Of a stretch of 64,000 nucleotides of DNA, positions 11,473-22,762 are shown one piece after another (within the stretch, counting starts at the first letter, position 1; every line of letters starts with the position of its first letter). Below the pieces are notes generated by a model. The model was not told the origin of the DNA and ran no database searches. It saw only the letters and a program-made list of their open reading frames with translations. The translations under genes were made by a program, and so were the position numbers. The DNA lies in the NCBI RefSeq assembly GCF_964213995.1, contig NW_027590119.1:2294001-2358000 (forward strand), written 5' to 3'. The DNA is from Mustelus asterias (lineage: Eukaryota).

Positions 11473-11957
11473 GTTCAAAGGCCGATGATATTCAAGTCCT
11501 GATGAATCGAGTGACTCTGTCAGATTTTGATGTGATGTTTGGTTTGACTTTCCTGATCGTGAACCTTTCAAATATTCTGTAAAATGAATTTAAGACAGAA
11601 TCAAGGAAATATAAAAGAGAACCCAGAAAAACACAAAGGCAGGTTGTGAAATTGAACTAAATTAATCTTGTAATTTGTGGGGCCAGCGCTAGGAAAAAGT
11701 GACACTGAAAACTGCTGGATTCTCATAAAAACCCAACTGGTTCACTAATGTCCTTTAGGGAAGGGAACCTGCAACCCAGTCTGGGCCTACACAAGACTCT
11801 GGCTTCTATGGGAGGAGAGAAAGAGGCGAAGGAGAGGGTGAAAGAGATGAACTTCATAGATCTGCAACTGAATTTGAATTTCAAAAGAATCTCCCAAACC
11901 CATAACTCCACCCACTGGAAAGACAAGAGCAGCTGATGCCTGGAAAAACCATCACCT

Positions 11958-12325
11958 CCAAGACACACACCAGCGAGTTCAGACTGGGGAGAGACCAGAC
12001 TCCTGCTCCACATGTGAGAAAGATACAATCGATCATCTAATCGGCTGACACACCGGCGAGTTCAGCAGTGATTACTGGGATTGGATTCTGCTGTTGTTGC
12101 TGCTGTTAATGACATCCAAGACTGAACTCTGTTCATTCTGATAGTTTGAACATAAGAACATAAGAAATAGGAGCAGGAGTAGGCCATCCAGCCCCTCGAG
12201 CCTGCCCCGCCATTCAATAAGATCATGGCTGATCTGAAGTGGATCAGTTCCACTTACCCGCCTGATACCTGTTGGGTTTGTTTCTGTTGATGTTTACAAT
12301 CTCTGGATGTTTAACATTCTGGAAC
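11958..12325 (+). pseudogene. Decayed ZNF 3' end plus conserved 3' UTR, with a CR1 tail inserted at ~12150-12270
   Basis: HQRV-TGERP remnants followed by ggattctgctgtt...gactgaac...gttcattctga. Confidence 0.6.
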
Positions 12326-12397
12326 TTGGCTTGTTTTACCTTGTAACCCTTACTCTTCCAATAAAGTATCTTTCTTTGGTCTATAGCAAATAGTGAT

Positions 12398-13080
12398 TTA
12401 CTTGTAATTTTTTTCAACTGAATCAGAGCAGAGGAATAACCTCTCCCCAGTGTGAATCTGCTGGTGCACTGTGAGGTGAGATAATCGCCTGAACTCAGTC
12501 CCAAAGTGAGAGCACCTGAACGGTCTCTCGTCAGTGTGGACACGTTGATAGGATATCACTTCCCTGGAACTTTTACAGCTCCTCTCGTATTCTGGGCAAT
12601 TAACAAAATCACTCCAGAGTGCGAACACGTTTGTGTGTCATATGGTGGGATGACTGAATGAATCCCTTTCCATCTCTGGAGCATTTGAACAATCTCCCCC
12701 CAGTGTGACTATGTCAGTGAGCCAACAGGTTGGATGATGGAGTGAAATCAGTCCAATACACAGAGCCAGTGAACGGCCTCTCCCCGGTGCCCGATGAGCT
12801 TCCAGCTCAGACGGGTAACTGAATCCCTCATCACTGTCCTCACTCTTCCATGGTTCCTCCCCAGGATGTTTATATTTGTAGCTCCCGAGGCCAGATGATC
12901 AACTGAAGCTGCGTCCACACAGAGAACAGTTTCATCTACTGTGAACAATGCTTTTTCCTTCAATGTTTAAAATCTGAATGATAATCAAGTTAGCGTTAAC
13001 TGGGCAGCTCCGTCAGATCCTGATGTGATGTTTGTTCGAAGATTCCTGACTGCAAATCCTCCTCTTCTAAAACTCTGTGA
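12398..13080 (-). pseudogene. Class B ZNF pseudogene
   Basis: [30 protein letters not shown] with stops and frameshifts; class B leader. Confidence 0.8.
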
Positions 13081-13269
13081 CACTGAATTTAAAAGAAAAA
13101 AAAGTGAGAGAGAACCCACAAAAACACAAAGGCAGGATGTGAAATTGAGCGGAATGAATCTGGTCATTTCTGGGGCCGGCACTGGGAAAAAGTGACCATG
13201 AAAATTCTGGAGTGTCATAAAAATCCAAGTGATTCACTGATGTCCTGCAGGGAAGGGATTGAATGTCAC

Positions 13270-14295
13270 CCATTCAATAGGATCATGGCTGATCTGACAT
13301 TCCTCATGTCCACTTTCTTGCCCTTTTCCCGTAACCCTTGATTTCCTTACTGTTCAAAAATATACACAAGGGCTTTGCCCCCACAGCTCTCTGCGGCAAG
13401 GAGTTGCAAAGACTCTCAACCCTCTGGGAGAAGAAATTGCTCCTGATCTCAGTCTTAAATTGGCACCTTTTATTCTGAGACTGTGCCCTCTGGTCCCAGA
13501 CTCTCCCATGAGAGGAAACATCCGCTCAGCATTTACCTTGTCAAGTCCCTTAAGAATCCAATATGCTTCAATGAGATCACCTCTCATTCTTCTAAATTCC
13601 AATGAGGAGAGGCCCAACCTGTTTAACCTTTCCTCATAAAACAATCCCTCCATAACGGGGATAATCCAAGTGAATCTACTGTGAACTGCCTCCAATGAAA
13701 TAATATTTTTCCTTAACTAAGGAGACCAAAACTGCTCACAGTCCTCCAGATATGGTCTCGTCAGTACCTTGTACAGTTGCAGCAAGACTTCCCTACTCAT
13801 ATACTCCAACCACGGTGGCACTGCAGTTAGCACTGCTGCTTCACAGAGACCCGGGTTCAATTCCTGGCTTGGGTCACTGTCTGTGTGGAGTTTGCACATT
13901 CTCCCTGTGTCTGCGTGGGTTCCCTCCGGGTGCTCCAGTTTCCTCCCACAGTCCAAAGATATGCAGGTTAGGTGAACTGATCATGCTAAATTCTCCCTCA
14001 GTGTACCTGAACAGGTGCCAGAGTGTGGCGACTAGGGGATTTTCACTGTAACTTCATTGCATTGTTAATGTAAGCCTACTTGTGACAAATGAATAAACTT
14101 TACTTTACTTGAAATAAGGGCCAACATTCTATTAGGCTTCCTGATTACCAACTGCACCTGTGTGCTAGGTTTCTGTGTTTTGTGCAGAAGTCCCCCAAGT
14201 CCTGTTGTGTTGCAGCTTTACAGAATTTTCCCCCATTTAAATAATACTCCCCTGATCTCCCTTCTAAAATGAACAGTTTCACATTTTCCCACATT
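13270..14295 (-). mobile_element. CR1 LINE 3' part interrupted by a SINE
   Basis: ORF 13354..13695 YEERLNRLGLSSLEFRRMRGDLIE. Confidence 0.85.
13811..14105 (+). mobile_element. V-SINE, alternative-tail subfamily
   Basis: HE1 head and V-domain, then gtgtggcgactaggggattttcac...aataaactt tail. Confidence 0.85.
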
Positions 14296-14297
14296 AT

Positions 14298-14535
14298 CAT
14301 AGAGTCCCTACAGTGCAGAAGGAGGACATTCAACCCATGAGTCGCACCAATTCTCTCACATAGTATCTTACCCAGAGCTTCTCTCCCACCCTATCCGCAT
14401 ACCCTCACACATTTACCATGGCTAATCCATCTAACCTACATGTCTTGGGACACTAAGGGGAAATGGCCAACCCACTTAATTTGCACATCTCTGGACTGTG
14501 GGAGAAAACCAGAGCAACTGGAGGAAACCCACACA
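14298..14535 (-). mobile_element. HE1 V-SINE 3' part
   Basis: HER1-type tail and V-domain on the minus strand. Confidence 0.75.
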
Positions 14536-15155
14536 GAGGAAAGCTGCTGGATTATCATAAAAACCCAAGTGGTATGCTGATGTCTGTCAAGAAAGGAAAT
14601 CTGGCACCTGGTCTAGAGTGGAGACAGAGAGAAGTAGAAGGGGCCGGGGTGAAGGAGAGGGATTTTATACATCTAGAACTCAATGAGAACTTTGACAGAA
14701 TCTCCCAAATCCTCAACCTCCACCACCGAGAAGGACCAAGGTAGCAGGTAGATGTGAACGCCATCACCTCCGAGTTTCTCCCCCCCAACTCACACACAAT
14801 CCTGACTTGTCTGAAATCCAGTACTAAAAGAACTGAAGCTTCGTTCATATAAACACTGGGAAGACTGAACCCATTGTCTCCAGTTCCCACTACAAACTCC
14901 ACTCCCTCACCAGCAACTCTATCTTCCTGGTAACTGTCTGAGGCTGAACCAAACTGTTCATAACCATGGTGAAATATTTCACCCCAAGATGAGTTTCCAA
15001 CCACATATCCACATCATCATCAAAACCGCCTATTCCCATCTCAGTGATATCGCCCGACTCCACCCCAGTCTCACTTCATCTGGAACTCTCATCCATTCCA
15101 ATGTGACGTGGAACTCAAGGGAATGGAACTGACCAAATTGCTCCACAGAGAGTTC

Positions 15156-15325
15156 AGTAAGTCTCACAACACTAGGTTAAAGTCCAACAGGTTTATTTGC
15201 AATCACGAGCTTTTGGAGCACTGCTCCTTCCTCAGGTCACTCACCTGATGGACTTTAACCTGGTGTTGTGAGACTTCTTACTATGCCCAACCCAGTCCAA
15301 TGCCAGCATCTCCACATCATGGCTA
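15156..15325 (+). mobile_element. Palindromic Penelope-terminus insertion
   Basis: Inverted gtctcacaacactaggttaaagtcca arms; imperfect TSD ccacagagagtt/ccacgcagagtt. Confidence 0.7.
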
Positions 15326-15599
15326 CCACGCAGAGTTAGCATGGATTTAAGTTGCCAAATGCATTTCCTTCTATGTTGTAATCTCTGCATCACTGGAAAT
15401 TGATAAAGCAGCCACACTGCTGTATATTTCAAGACAAAAAATATGGGATCATAAATAACATATCTCTCTCCCATACAAATTTACTGTTCATTTAAATGTT
15501 AGCCCTCTTCTGGGAAAACTGAATTGTGAACATTGGGTAAGAGGCTCCCCTATTAGCCAGATAAACTGAGGGAACTAAAAGATGTCAATGTCTTTGAGA

Positions 15600-15788
15600 G
15601 CAGTCCAAAGATGTGCAGGTTAGGTTGATTGGCCATGCTAAAATTGCCCCTTAGTGTCCTGGGATGCGTAGGTTAGAGGGATTAGTGGGTAAATATCTGG
15701 GGGTAGGGCCTGGGTGGGATTGTGGTCGGTGCAGACTCGATGGGCCGAATGGCCTCCTTCTGCATTGTAGGGTTTCTATGTTTCTATG
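15600..15788 (+). mobile_element. HE1 V-SINE 3' half
   Basis: gcagactcgatgggccgaatggcctcc...tttctatg tail. Confidence 0.85.
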
Positions 15789-15989
15789 AGAGAAACAAAA
15801 ATATACCTGGGCCTAGTCCTGTTCCTGAATCCAGTCTTCATCTGTAACCTTTCCAGAGTCTGCTGCCTCCCTGGATTCACTTCCTTTCCCTTCAGTTGCT
15901 GCAAGTCCCCAATTTCCCCCAGAATGAGAAAAGAAATGGAAAGGGGGAAACATTGATTTCCTCCCAGATGTTGCCCAGAGGAGGGAGTT

Positions 15990-16420
15990 TGGACAACTTC
16001 CACATTGTGACATCATAATAGAGCTCTGCCTAAATCAGCCAATAGGAATCATTCTGCTCCGCGATGACGTCTCCGGCTTCCAGCGCACAGGCCCGGGCGC
16101 GCGGACCCGGGAACCCCGCTCCCACCCCCACCCATTGTTCCCCCTCCACCTCTTCCTGCCACGGTTTCCAATCAACCGGCTGACAGCTCCGGCCAGAGCG
16201 AGAAGCCGCGGAGTGATCGCCCCCTCCCTCGGCCCGGGACTGCGCATGTCCAAGGGAGAGGGGAAGATGCGCATGTGCGGGGGAAGCCAACCTTTTGACC
16301 TGCTGCTGAGGTATTGGCCAATGGAATGTTGGAGGACCGGAAGTTCTCTGGTCCTCCAGCCAATCAGAGCTCCCCCATTGTCTGAATGCGGAAGTGGACA
16401 ATGAGCTTCATATAAAGCAA
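15990..16420. promoter_or_regulatory. Bidirectional CpG-island promoter of a ZNF pair
   Basis: CCAAT boxes, TGACGT, NRF1-like TGCGCATG, ETS CCGGAAGT, dyad at 16330-16358; paralogue of 29735-30100. Confidence 0.75.
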
Positions 16421-16435
16421 TTTTTTTTTAAAGCG

Positions 16436-16648
16436 GCATCTCGGCCTTTTGGCTAAGATGCAAATGCGCCCAAGTCTGGAGGAGGATCCTCCCCCTTCTC
16501 CAATCAGCTTGGCTCATGTAGATCAGGCCCAGGACAGGGTGGTTTGGTCGCTTGCCCTGTCTTGCCAGCCTGGATCGGAAATGTCTCAACTTGTTGAGAC
16601 TCTGAATTGGATTTGATTTGATTGAATTGGAAAAGTATTTTAAAAAAG
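16436..16648 (+). ncRNA. U2 snRNA-derived structured element (SINEU-like or divergent U2 pseudogene)
   Basis: TCTCGGCCTTTTGGCTAAGAT equals U2 nt 7-27; several downstream hairpins; rest not alignable to canonical U2. Confidence 0.65.
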
Positions 16649-17357
16649 CTGCTCATTCCTGCCCAGCAAAGCTGCTGCTGCTCTCTCTCTGAATGAACAT
16701 TGAGCTTCAGACACAGACTCAAACTTCTCCAGTCATCAACATCTGTGAGTAAAACACTTTATTTTCTCTTCCTTTCCATTTCTTTTCTCATTCTGGGGAA
16801 ATTGGGGACTTGCAGCAACTGAAGGGAAACGGAGTGAATCCAGGGGGGCTGCAGACTCTGGAAAGGTTGGCCCAGGTCTCTCTTTCTCTTAAAGACATTA
16901 ACATCCTTTGCTCCCTCAGCTTGACACATTGATTTGTCTGGCTAAAAGGTCCCTTTCCTAATGTTCACAATTAAAGGGCTGGTTTCCCCAGGTGATGGCT
17001 GACATTTAAAAGGACAATAAATGAATATAGGACAGAGATATGCCTAGTGTTGTTATATTGTAGATTTGGTATATTATTTATGGTTCTGAAACAGAGTACA
17101 TTTATTATTAATTCTCGTTTTGTAATGTAGCACTGAAGCTATGTTATATATTTTCACTCATTGAGTCATTACAGCGCAGAAGGAGTCCATTCAGTAACTC
17201 GAATCCATGCCGACTCTCTGTAGAACAATCCAGTCAGTCCCATTCCCTTTCTCTATCCCCTTTCCCCTGCAACTTCATTTCCTTCATGTCCCCATCTAAT
17301 TTCTGAAATATATTAAAGGGGACAGTAAACTAATACAGGACAGAGACGTGTCTGATG

Positions 17358-17748
17358 TTTTTTATTCATCCTTGGGACACGGGCATTGCAAACTGGGCCA
17401 GCATTTATTGCCCATCCCTAATTCCCCTTGAACTGAATGGCTCGCTCGGCCATTTCAGAAGCTGGCTGAGAGTCAACCACATTGCTGTGGCTCTGGAGTC
17501 GCATGTAGGCCAGACTGGGTAAGGACGGCAGATTTCCTTCCCTAAAGCACATGAATGAACCAAATGGGTTTTTTGGTCAATCGACAATGGTTTCACGTTC
17601 ATCAGTAGATTCTTAATTCTAGATTTTGTTTTTAAATTCAAATTCCACCATCTGCTGTGGCAGGATTCGAACCCGGGTCCCCAGAACATCAGCTAAATTT
17701 CTGGATTAATAATCTGGTGATTAATACCACAAGGCTATCAACTCCCCT
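17358..17748 (-). mobile_element. LF-SINE-like SINE
   Basis: Reverse-complement homologue of 5750-6103. Confidence 0.8.
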
Positions 17749-17859
17749 ATAAATGGTACAGATTAGATATATTATTTATAGCTCTGTAATAAAATACACT
17801 TATTATATCTGGCTGTGTAATTTTGGACTGCAGCTATATTATATATTTCCAACAATCTC

Positions 17860-18252
17860 TTCCCTCAGAGAATTGTTAGTATCTAGATTTCTCTTCCATA
17901 GGGACCAGTGGAGGGATTGAATATATTCAAGGATGAGTTAGACAGTGTTTGAATGACAAGGGAGTCAATAATTATTGGGAACAGGCTGGAAAATGGAGAG
18001 AAAGCTCAGATGAGGAAGGATTTCTTCACTCAAGGATGTGGTGATGTTTTGGATTCTCTACCCCAGAGGACTATAGAGCCTCAGTCATCAAAAATTTTCA
18101 AGAGAGGGATTGATAGGTTTCTAGATATTGAAGATATCGATGGATATGGGGGACAGTGTGGGGAAAATAATGCAGAGGTAGATCAACCAATAATCTCAAT
18201 GAATGGTTGAGCAGACTCGATGGGCCGAATGCTGACTGCAGCTCCTATTTGT
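17860..18252 (+). mobile_element. CR1 3' fragments
   Basis: MRKDFFTQ motif; gactcgatgggccgaat 3' UTR. Confidence 0.7.
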
Positions 18253-18272
18253 TCTGATTTCTGTGCTGGACA

Positions 18273-18333
18273 GGAAGCAGTGAGCATGGATCTGTCAATC
18301 AGCCTCAATCAGCACCTTCAGGAGAATTGGGAG
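18273..18333 (+). other. Probable small 5' exon of the ZNF gene at 19045
   Basis: ggacag|gaagc...ttgggagg|gtgaat; homologue at ~63441-63493. Confidence 0.5.
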
Positions 18334-19044
18334 GGTGAATATTAGATACAGCAGAGTGAGAATGGAGGGAGAGTGTGTGGGATGGAGATTCACAGCTTTT
18401 GGGGAATGAGAGAGGAAAGAATGTTCATTAGAATCATAGAATTGCTGCATCTTATCAACCGTCCCTGAGCTTTCACAATGAATCCCACTTCTGAGGACAC
18501 CCTTATCTCTGACTTGTCTGTACTGCTGGCAGTCTCACAAAGCAGCTGCCTGTGTGCTGATATGGGAGGCCCTGCTGGGCAAGTTTAATGCTCCATGACT
18601 GTGTCTTTAAAGAATACTCCATAAACTAGAAATGTAGATTTGAATTTCGATCATATTCTGAATTGCAATGTTTTTTTTCTAAATTGACTTACAGGATATT
18701 AGACAAGGAGAAATCAGACAGAAATCTCCAACATCACATCGAGATCTGACAGAGTGACTCGATTTCTTGGGACCTGAATATCATCGGCCTTTGAATCTAG
18801 CAGGAGAAATGCTTGTTTGGCCTCTTGGCTTCAAAAGATTGTAAACATCACTGTTACTAGAAATGCACTGAGATACACACACCCGAGTGAGAGTGTTCCA
18901 GTGCAGTGAGTGTGGAAAGAGCTTTAACCAGTTACACAGCCTGAAAATACATCGCAGCATTCACAGCGGGGAGAGATTGTACCCGTGACCTGTCTGAGAT
19001 TTAACTGATTGTTTAACCTGGAGAGTCACAAGGACACCCGCACC

Positions 19045-19971
19045 ATGGAGAAACCGTGGAAATGTGGGAACTGTGGGAAGGGATTCATATCCCCATCTCA
19101 GCTGGAAATTCATCAACGCAGTCACACTGGGGAGAGACCATTCACCTGCTCTGTGTGTGGGAAGGGATTCACTCAGTTATCCAGCCTGCAGAAACACAAT
19201 CTCACTCACACCAATGAGAGACCATTTAAATGCTGTGACTGTGGGAGTGGTTTTAAAAGCTCTCAGGATCTGGTGTCCCACCAGCGCATTCACACTGAGG
19301 AGAGACCGTTCAGCTGCTCTCACTGCACAAAGAAATTTAGAACTTCATCCAACCTGCAGATACACCAGCGAGTTCACACTGGGGAGAGACCGTTCACCTG
19401 CTCTGTGTGTGGGAAGGGATTCACTCAGTCATCCAGCCTGAAGACACACCGAGTCATTCATACCAATGAGAGACCCTTTAAATGCTGTGACTGTGGGAAT
19501 GGCTTCAAAAGCTCTCAGAAACTGATCGTCCACCAGCGCATTCACACTGAGGAGAGGCCGTTCAGCTGCTCTCACTGCTCAAAGAGATTTAGAATATCTT
19601 CAGCATTGCTGAACCATCAGCGAGTTCACACCAGGGAGAGACCATTCACCTGCTCGGTGTGTGCGAAAGGATTCACTCAGTTATCCAGCCTCCGCAGACA
19701 CAACATCACTCACACCCCGGAGAGACCCTTTAAATGTTCTGACTGTGGGAGTGGCTTCAAAAGCTCTCATGAACTGATTACCCACCAGCGCATTCACACT
19801 GGGGAGAGACCGTTCAGCTGCTCTGACTGTGGGAAGGGATTCGCTCAGTCATGCAACCTACGGGTACATCAGCGAGTTCACACTGGGCAGAGGCTGGTCA
19901 CCTGCTCTGTGTGTGGGAAGGGATTCACTCGGTCAGCAAACTTGGTGAAACACCAGCGAGTTCACAAGTGA
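19045..19971 (+). CDS. C2H2 zinc-finger protein (11 fingers, class A)
   Basis: Intact array; gcaccATGG; splice acceptor at ~18694. Confidence 0.92.
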   Translation: MEKPWKCGNCGKGFISPSQLEIHQRSHTGERPFTCSVCGKGFTQLSSLQKHNLTHTNERPFKCCDCGSGFKSSQDLVSHQRIHTEERPFSCSHCTKKFRTSSNLQIHQRVHTGERPFTCSVCGKGFTQSSSLKTHRVIHTNERPFKCCDCGNGFKSSQKLIVHQRIHTEERPFSCSHCSKRFRISSALLNHQRVHTRERPFTCSVCAKGFTQLSSLRRHNITHTPERPFKCSDCGSGFKSSHELITHQRIHTGERPFSCSDCGKGFAQSCNLRVHQRVHTGQRLVTCSVCGKGFTRSANLVKHQRVHK

Positions 19972-20054
19972 TTACAGTTCTGGGATTATTCTTGTGAATC
20001 TTTCTTGCCCCTTCTCCAGTGCCTTTATTTCCTTTTTCTAAATGGAGATCACAA

Positions 20055-21240
20055 ATAGAACGTAGAACAGTACAGCACAGGAACAGACCCTTCAGCCCAC
20101 GATATTGGGTCGAACATGATGCCAAATTAAACTTATCCGTTCTGCCTGCCCTTGGTCCATATTCCTTGCATATTTTTGTGTTTATCTAAACGCCCCTATC
20201 GTATCTGTTCCAGACACGACCACTCTCTGTGTAAAGGAAAAACTTGCCCCTCACATCTCCTTTGAACTTTCCTCCTCTCTCCTGAAGTGCATGCCCCCTA
20301 GTATTAGAAATTTTAACTCTGGGGAAAAAGATTCTGACTGTCAACCCTATCTCTGTCTCTCATAATTTTATAGACTTCAATCAGCTCTCCCCTCAATCTC
20401 TGCAGTTTCAGAGTTTGTCCAGCCTCTCATTATAGCTCATCCCCTCCAGTCCAGGCAGCATCCTGGTAAACATCTTCTGCACACTCTCCAAATCCTCTGC
20501 ATCCTTCCTGTAATGTAGCGAACAGAATTGAATGCACTATTCTAAGTGCGGTCTAACCAAGGTTTTATAAAGCTGCAACATGACATCCTGAATAAAGGAT
20601 GTCAGACTCAATAAAGGCAAGCATGCCATCTGCCTTCTTTACCACCTATCTACTGGTGTGGCCAATTTCAGGGAGCTCTGGACTTGAACCCCAAGATCAA
20701 TGCTGTTCAGGGGTCTGCCATTAACTGTATACTTACCCTTAACATTTGATCTCCCAAAGTGCAGCACCTCACACTTGCCCGGATTAAACTCCATCTGCCA
20801 TTTCTGCGCTCATATCTGCAGCTGATCTACATCCCACTGTATCCTTTGACAACCTTCTACATTATCTACAACTCCATCTAGCTTTGTGTTGTCTGCAAAC
20901 TTACTAACCCACCCATCCACGTTTTCATTCAAGTCATTTATATGTATCCCAAAGAGCAAAGGTCCCAGTACGGATCCCTGCAGAACACCACTCGTCACAG
21001 ACCTCCAGTCAGAAAAACACCCTTCCACCACTATTTTCTGACTTCTATGGGCAAGTCAATTCTGAATCCAAGCGGCCAAGTCACCGTGAATCCCATGCAT
21101 CTTAATCTTCTGGATGAGCCGACCATGAGGGACCTTGTTGAAAGCCTCACTAAAATCCATGTACACAACATCCACTGCTCTACCCTCAATGGTCACCCTT
21201 GTCAGCTCCTCAATAGAATCAATCAAGTTAGAAAGATGTT
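20055..21240 (-). mobile_element. CR1 LINE (RT domain to 3' end)
   Basis: QGSVLGPLLF, KFADNTK and VYMDFSEAFNKVPH motifs. Confidence 0.9.
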
Positions 21241-21334
21241 GACATTGCTGCCAGTGTAGTCTGGTGATGAAAATATAGACTGGTTCAGTGAAATGTAGGT
21301 AACGGGTAGAATTGATATCTAATGAGGACTTTAG

Positions 21335-22440
21335 CAAGGGAGGTGTTGCATAAGGTTAAATCTCATGGGATCCAGGGTGAAGTAGCTAAATGGATACAAA
21401 ATTGGCTGGATGATAGAAGACAGGGGGTGGTTATAGAGGGTTGTTTTTCAAACTGGAGGCCTGTGACCAGTGGTGCACCACAGGGATCAATGCTGAGTCT
21501 ACTCTTATTTGTCATTTATAATAATGATTTGGATGAGAATATAGGAGGCATGGTTAGTAAGTTTGCAGATGACACCAAGATTGGTGGCACAGTGGACAGT
21601 GAAGAAGGTTATCTCAGATTGCAACGGGATCTTGATCAATTGGGCTAGTGGCCTGATGAATGGCAAATGCAGTTTAATTTAGATAAATGCGAGGAGATGC
21701 ATTTTGGTAGACTGAATCAGGGCAGGACTTACTCAGTTAATGGTAGGGTGTTGGAGAGAGCTATAAAACAAAGAGATCTAGAGGTACATGTTCATAGTTC
21801 CTTGAAAGTGGAGTCACAGGTGGACAGAGTGGTGAAGAAGGCATTCAGCATGCTTGGTTTCATCGGTCAGAACATTGAATACAGGAGTTGGGACGTCTTG
21901 TTGAAGTTGTACAAGACATTGGTAAGGCCACACTTGAAATACTGTATACAGTTCTGGTCACCCGATTATAGAAAGGATATTATTAAACTAGAAAGAGTGC
22001 AGAAAAGATTTACTAGCATGCTACCAGGCCTTGATGGTTTAAGGTATAAGGAGAGGCTGGATAGACTGGGTGTTTTTTCCCTGGAGCGTAAGAGACTTGG
22101 GGGTGATCTTATAGAGGTCTAAGTAAAGTAACGTTTATTTATTAGTCACAAGTGGGCTTACATTAACACTGCAATTAAGTTATTGTGAAAATCCCCTAAT
22201 CGCTGCACCGTGGCACCTGTTCGGGTACACTGAATGAGAATTTAGCATGATCAATGCATCAAACCTGCACATCTTTGGATTGTGGGAGGAAACTGGAGAA
22301 CCCGGAGGAAACCCACGCAGACACGGGGAGAATGTGCAAACTCCACACAGACAGAGGGCATAGGTTTAAAATGAGAGGGGAGAGATACAAAAGGGTCCAG
22401 AGGGGCAATTTTTTCACAGAGGGTGGTGGGTGTCGAGAAC
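21335..22440 (+). mobile_element. CR1 LINE RT to C-terminal fragment, with a V-SINE at 22123-22352 on the minus strand
   Basis: KFADDTKIGG and LYKTLVRPHL motifs. Confidence 0.9.
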
Positions 22441-22442
22441 GA

Positions 22443-22762
22443 TTGCCCTTGAATGGAGTGACTTGCTCAGCCATTTCAGAGAGGCAGTTAAGATTCACCC
22501 ACATCGCTGTGTGGGTCTGGATTCACATGTAGGCCAGACCGGGTAAGGATGGCAGATTTCCTTCCCTAATAGGGAGCATAAAGAGGGTGAACTGGACAGG
22601 TTTTTACAACAATCGATGACAATTTCATGGTCACCATTACTGAGACTAACTTTATATAATTCCAGATTGATTCACTGAATTCAAATCCCACCAGCTGCCT
22701 GTCCCCAGATCCTTTGCTGCATCTCTGCATTACTCGACCAGCGACATTCCCACCACCTCCCC
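22443..22762 (-). mobile_element. LF-SINE-like SINE (partial)
   Basis: catgtaggccagaccgggtaaggatggcagatttccttccctaa. Confidence 0.7.

Noticed and set aside
13717-14051. Short ORFs such as MVSTAASQ... or ...GHCLCGVCTF...
   Set aside because: Recurrent translations of HE1 SINE sequence
16436-16648. Canonical U2 snRNA gene
   Set aside because: Clear identity ends at about nt 33; no GUAGUA branch-pairing sequence or stem-loops III/IV
15847-16915. DNA transposon or MITE with terminal inverted repeats
   Set aside because: No TSD or sharp termini; the arms correspond to the exon 1/intron 1 start of each divergent gene
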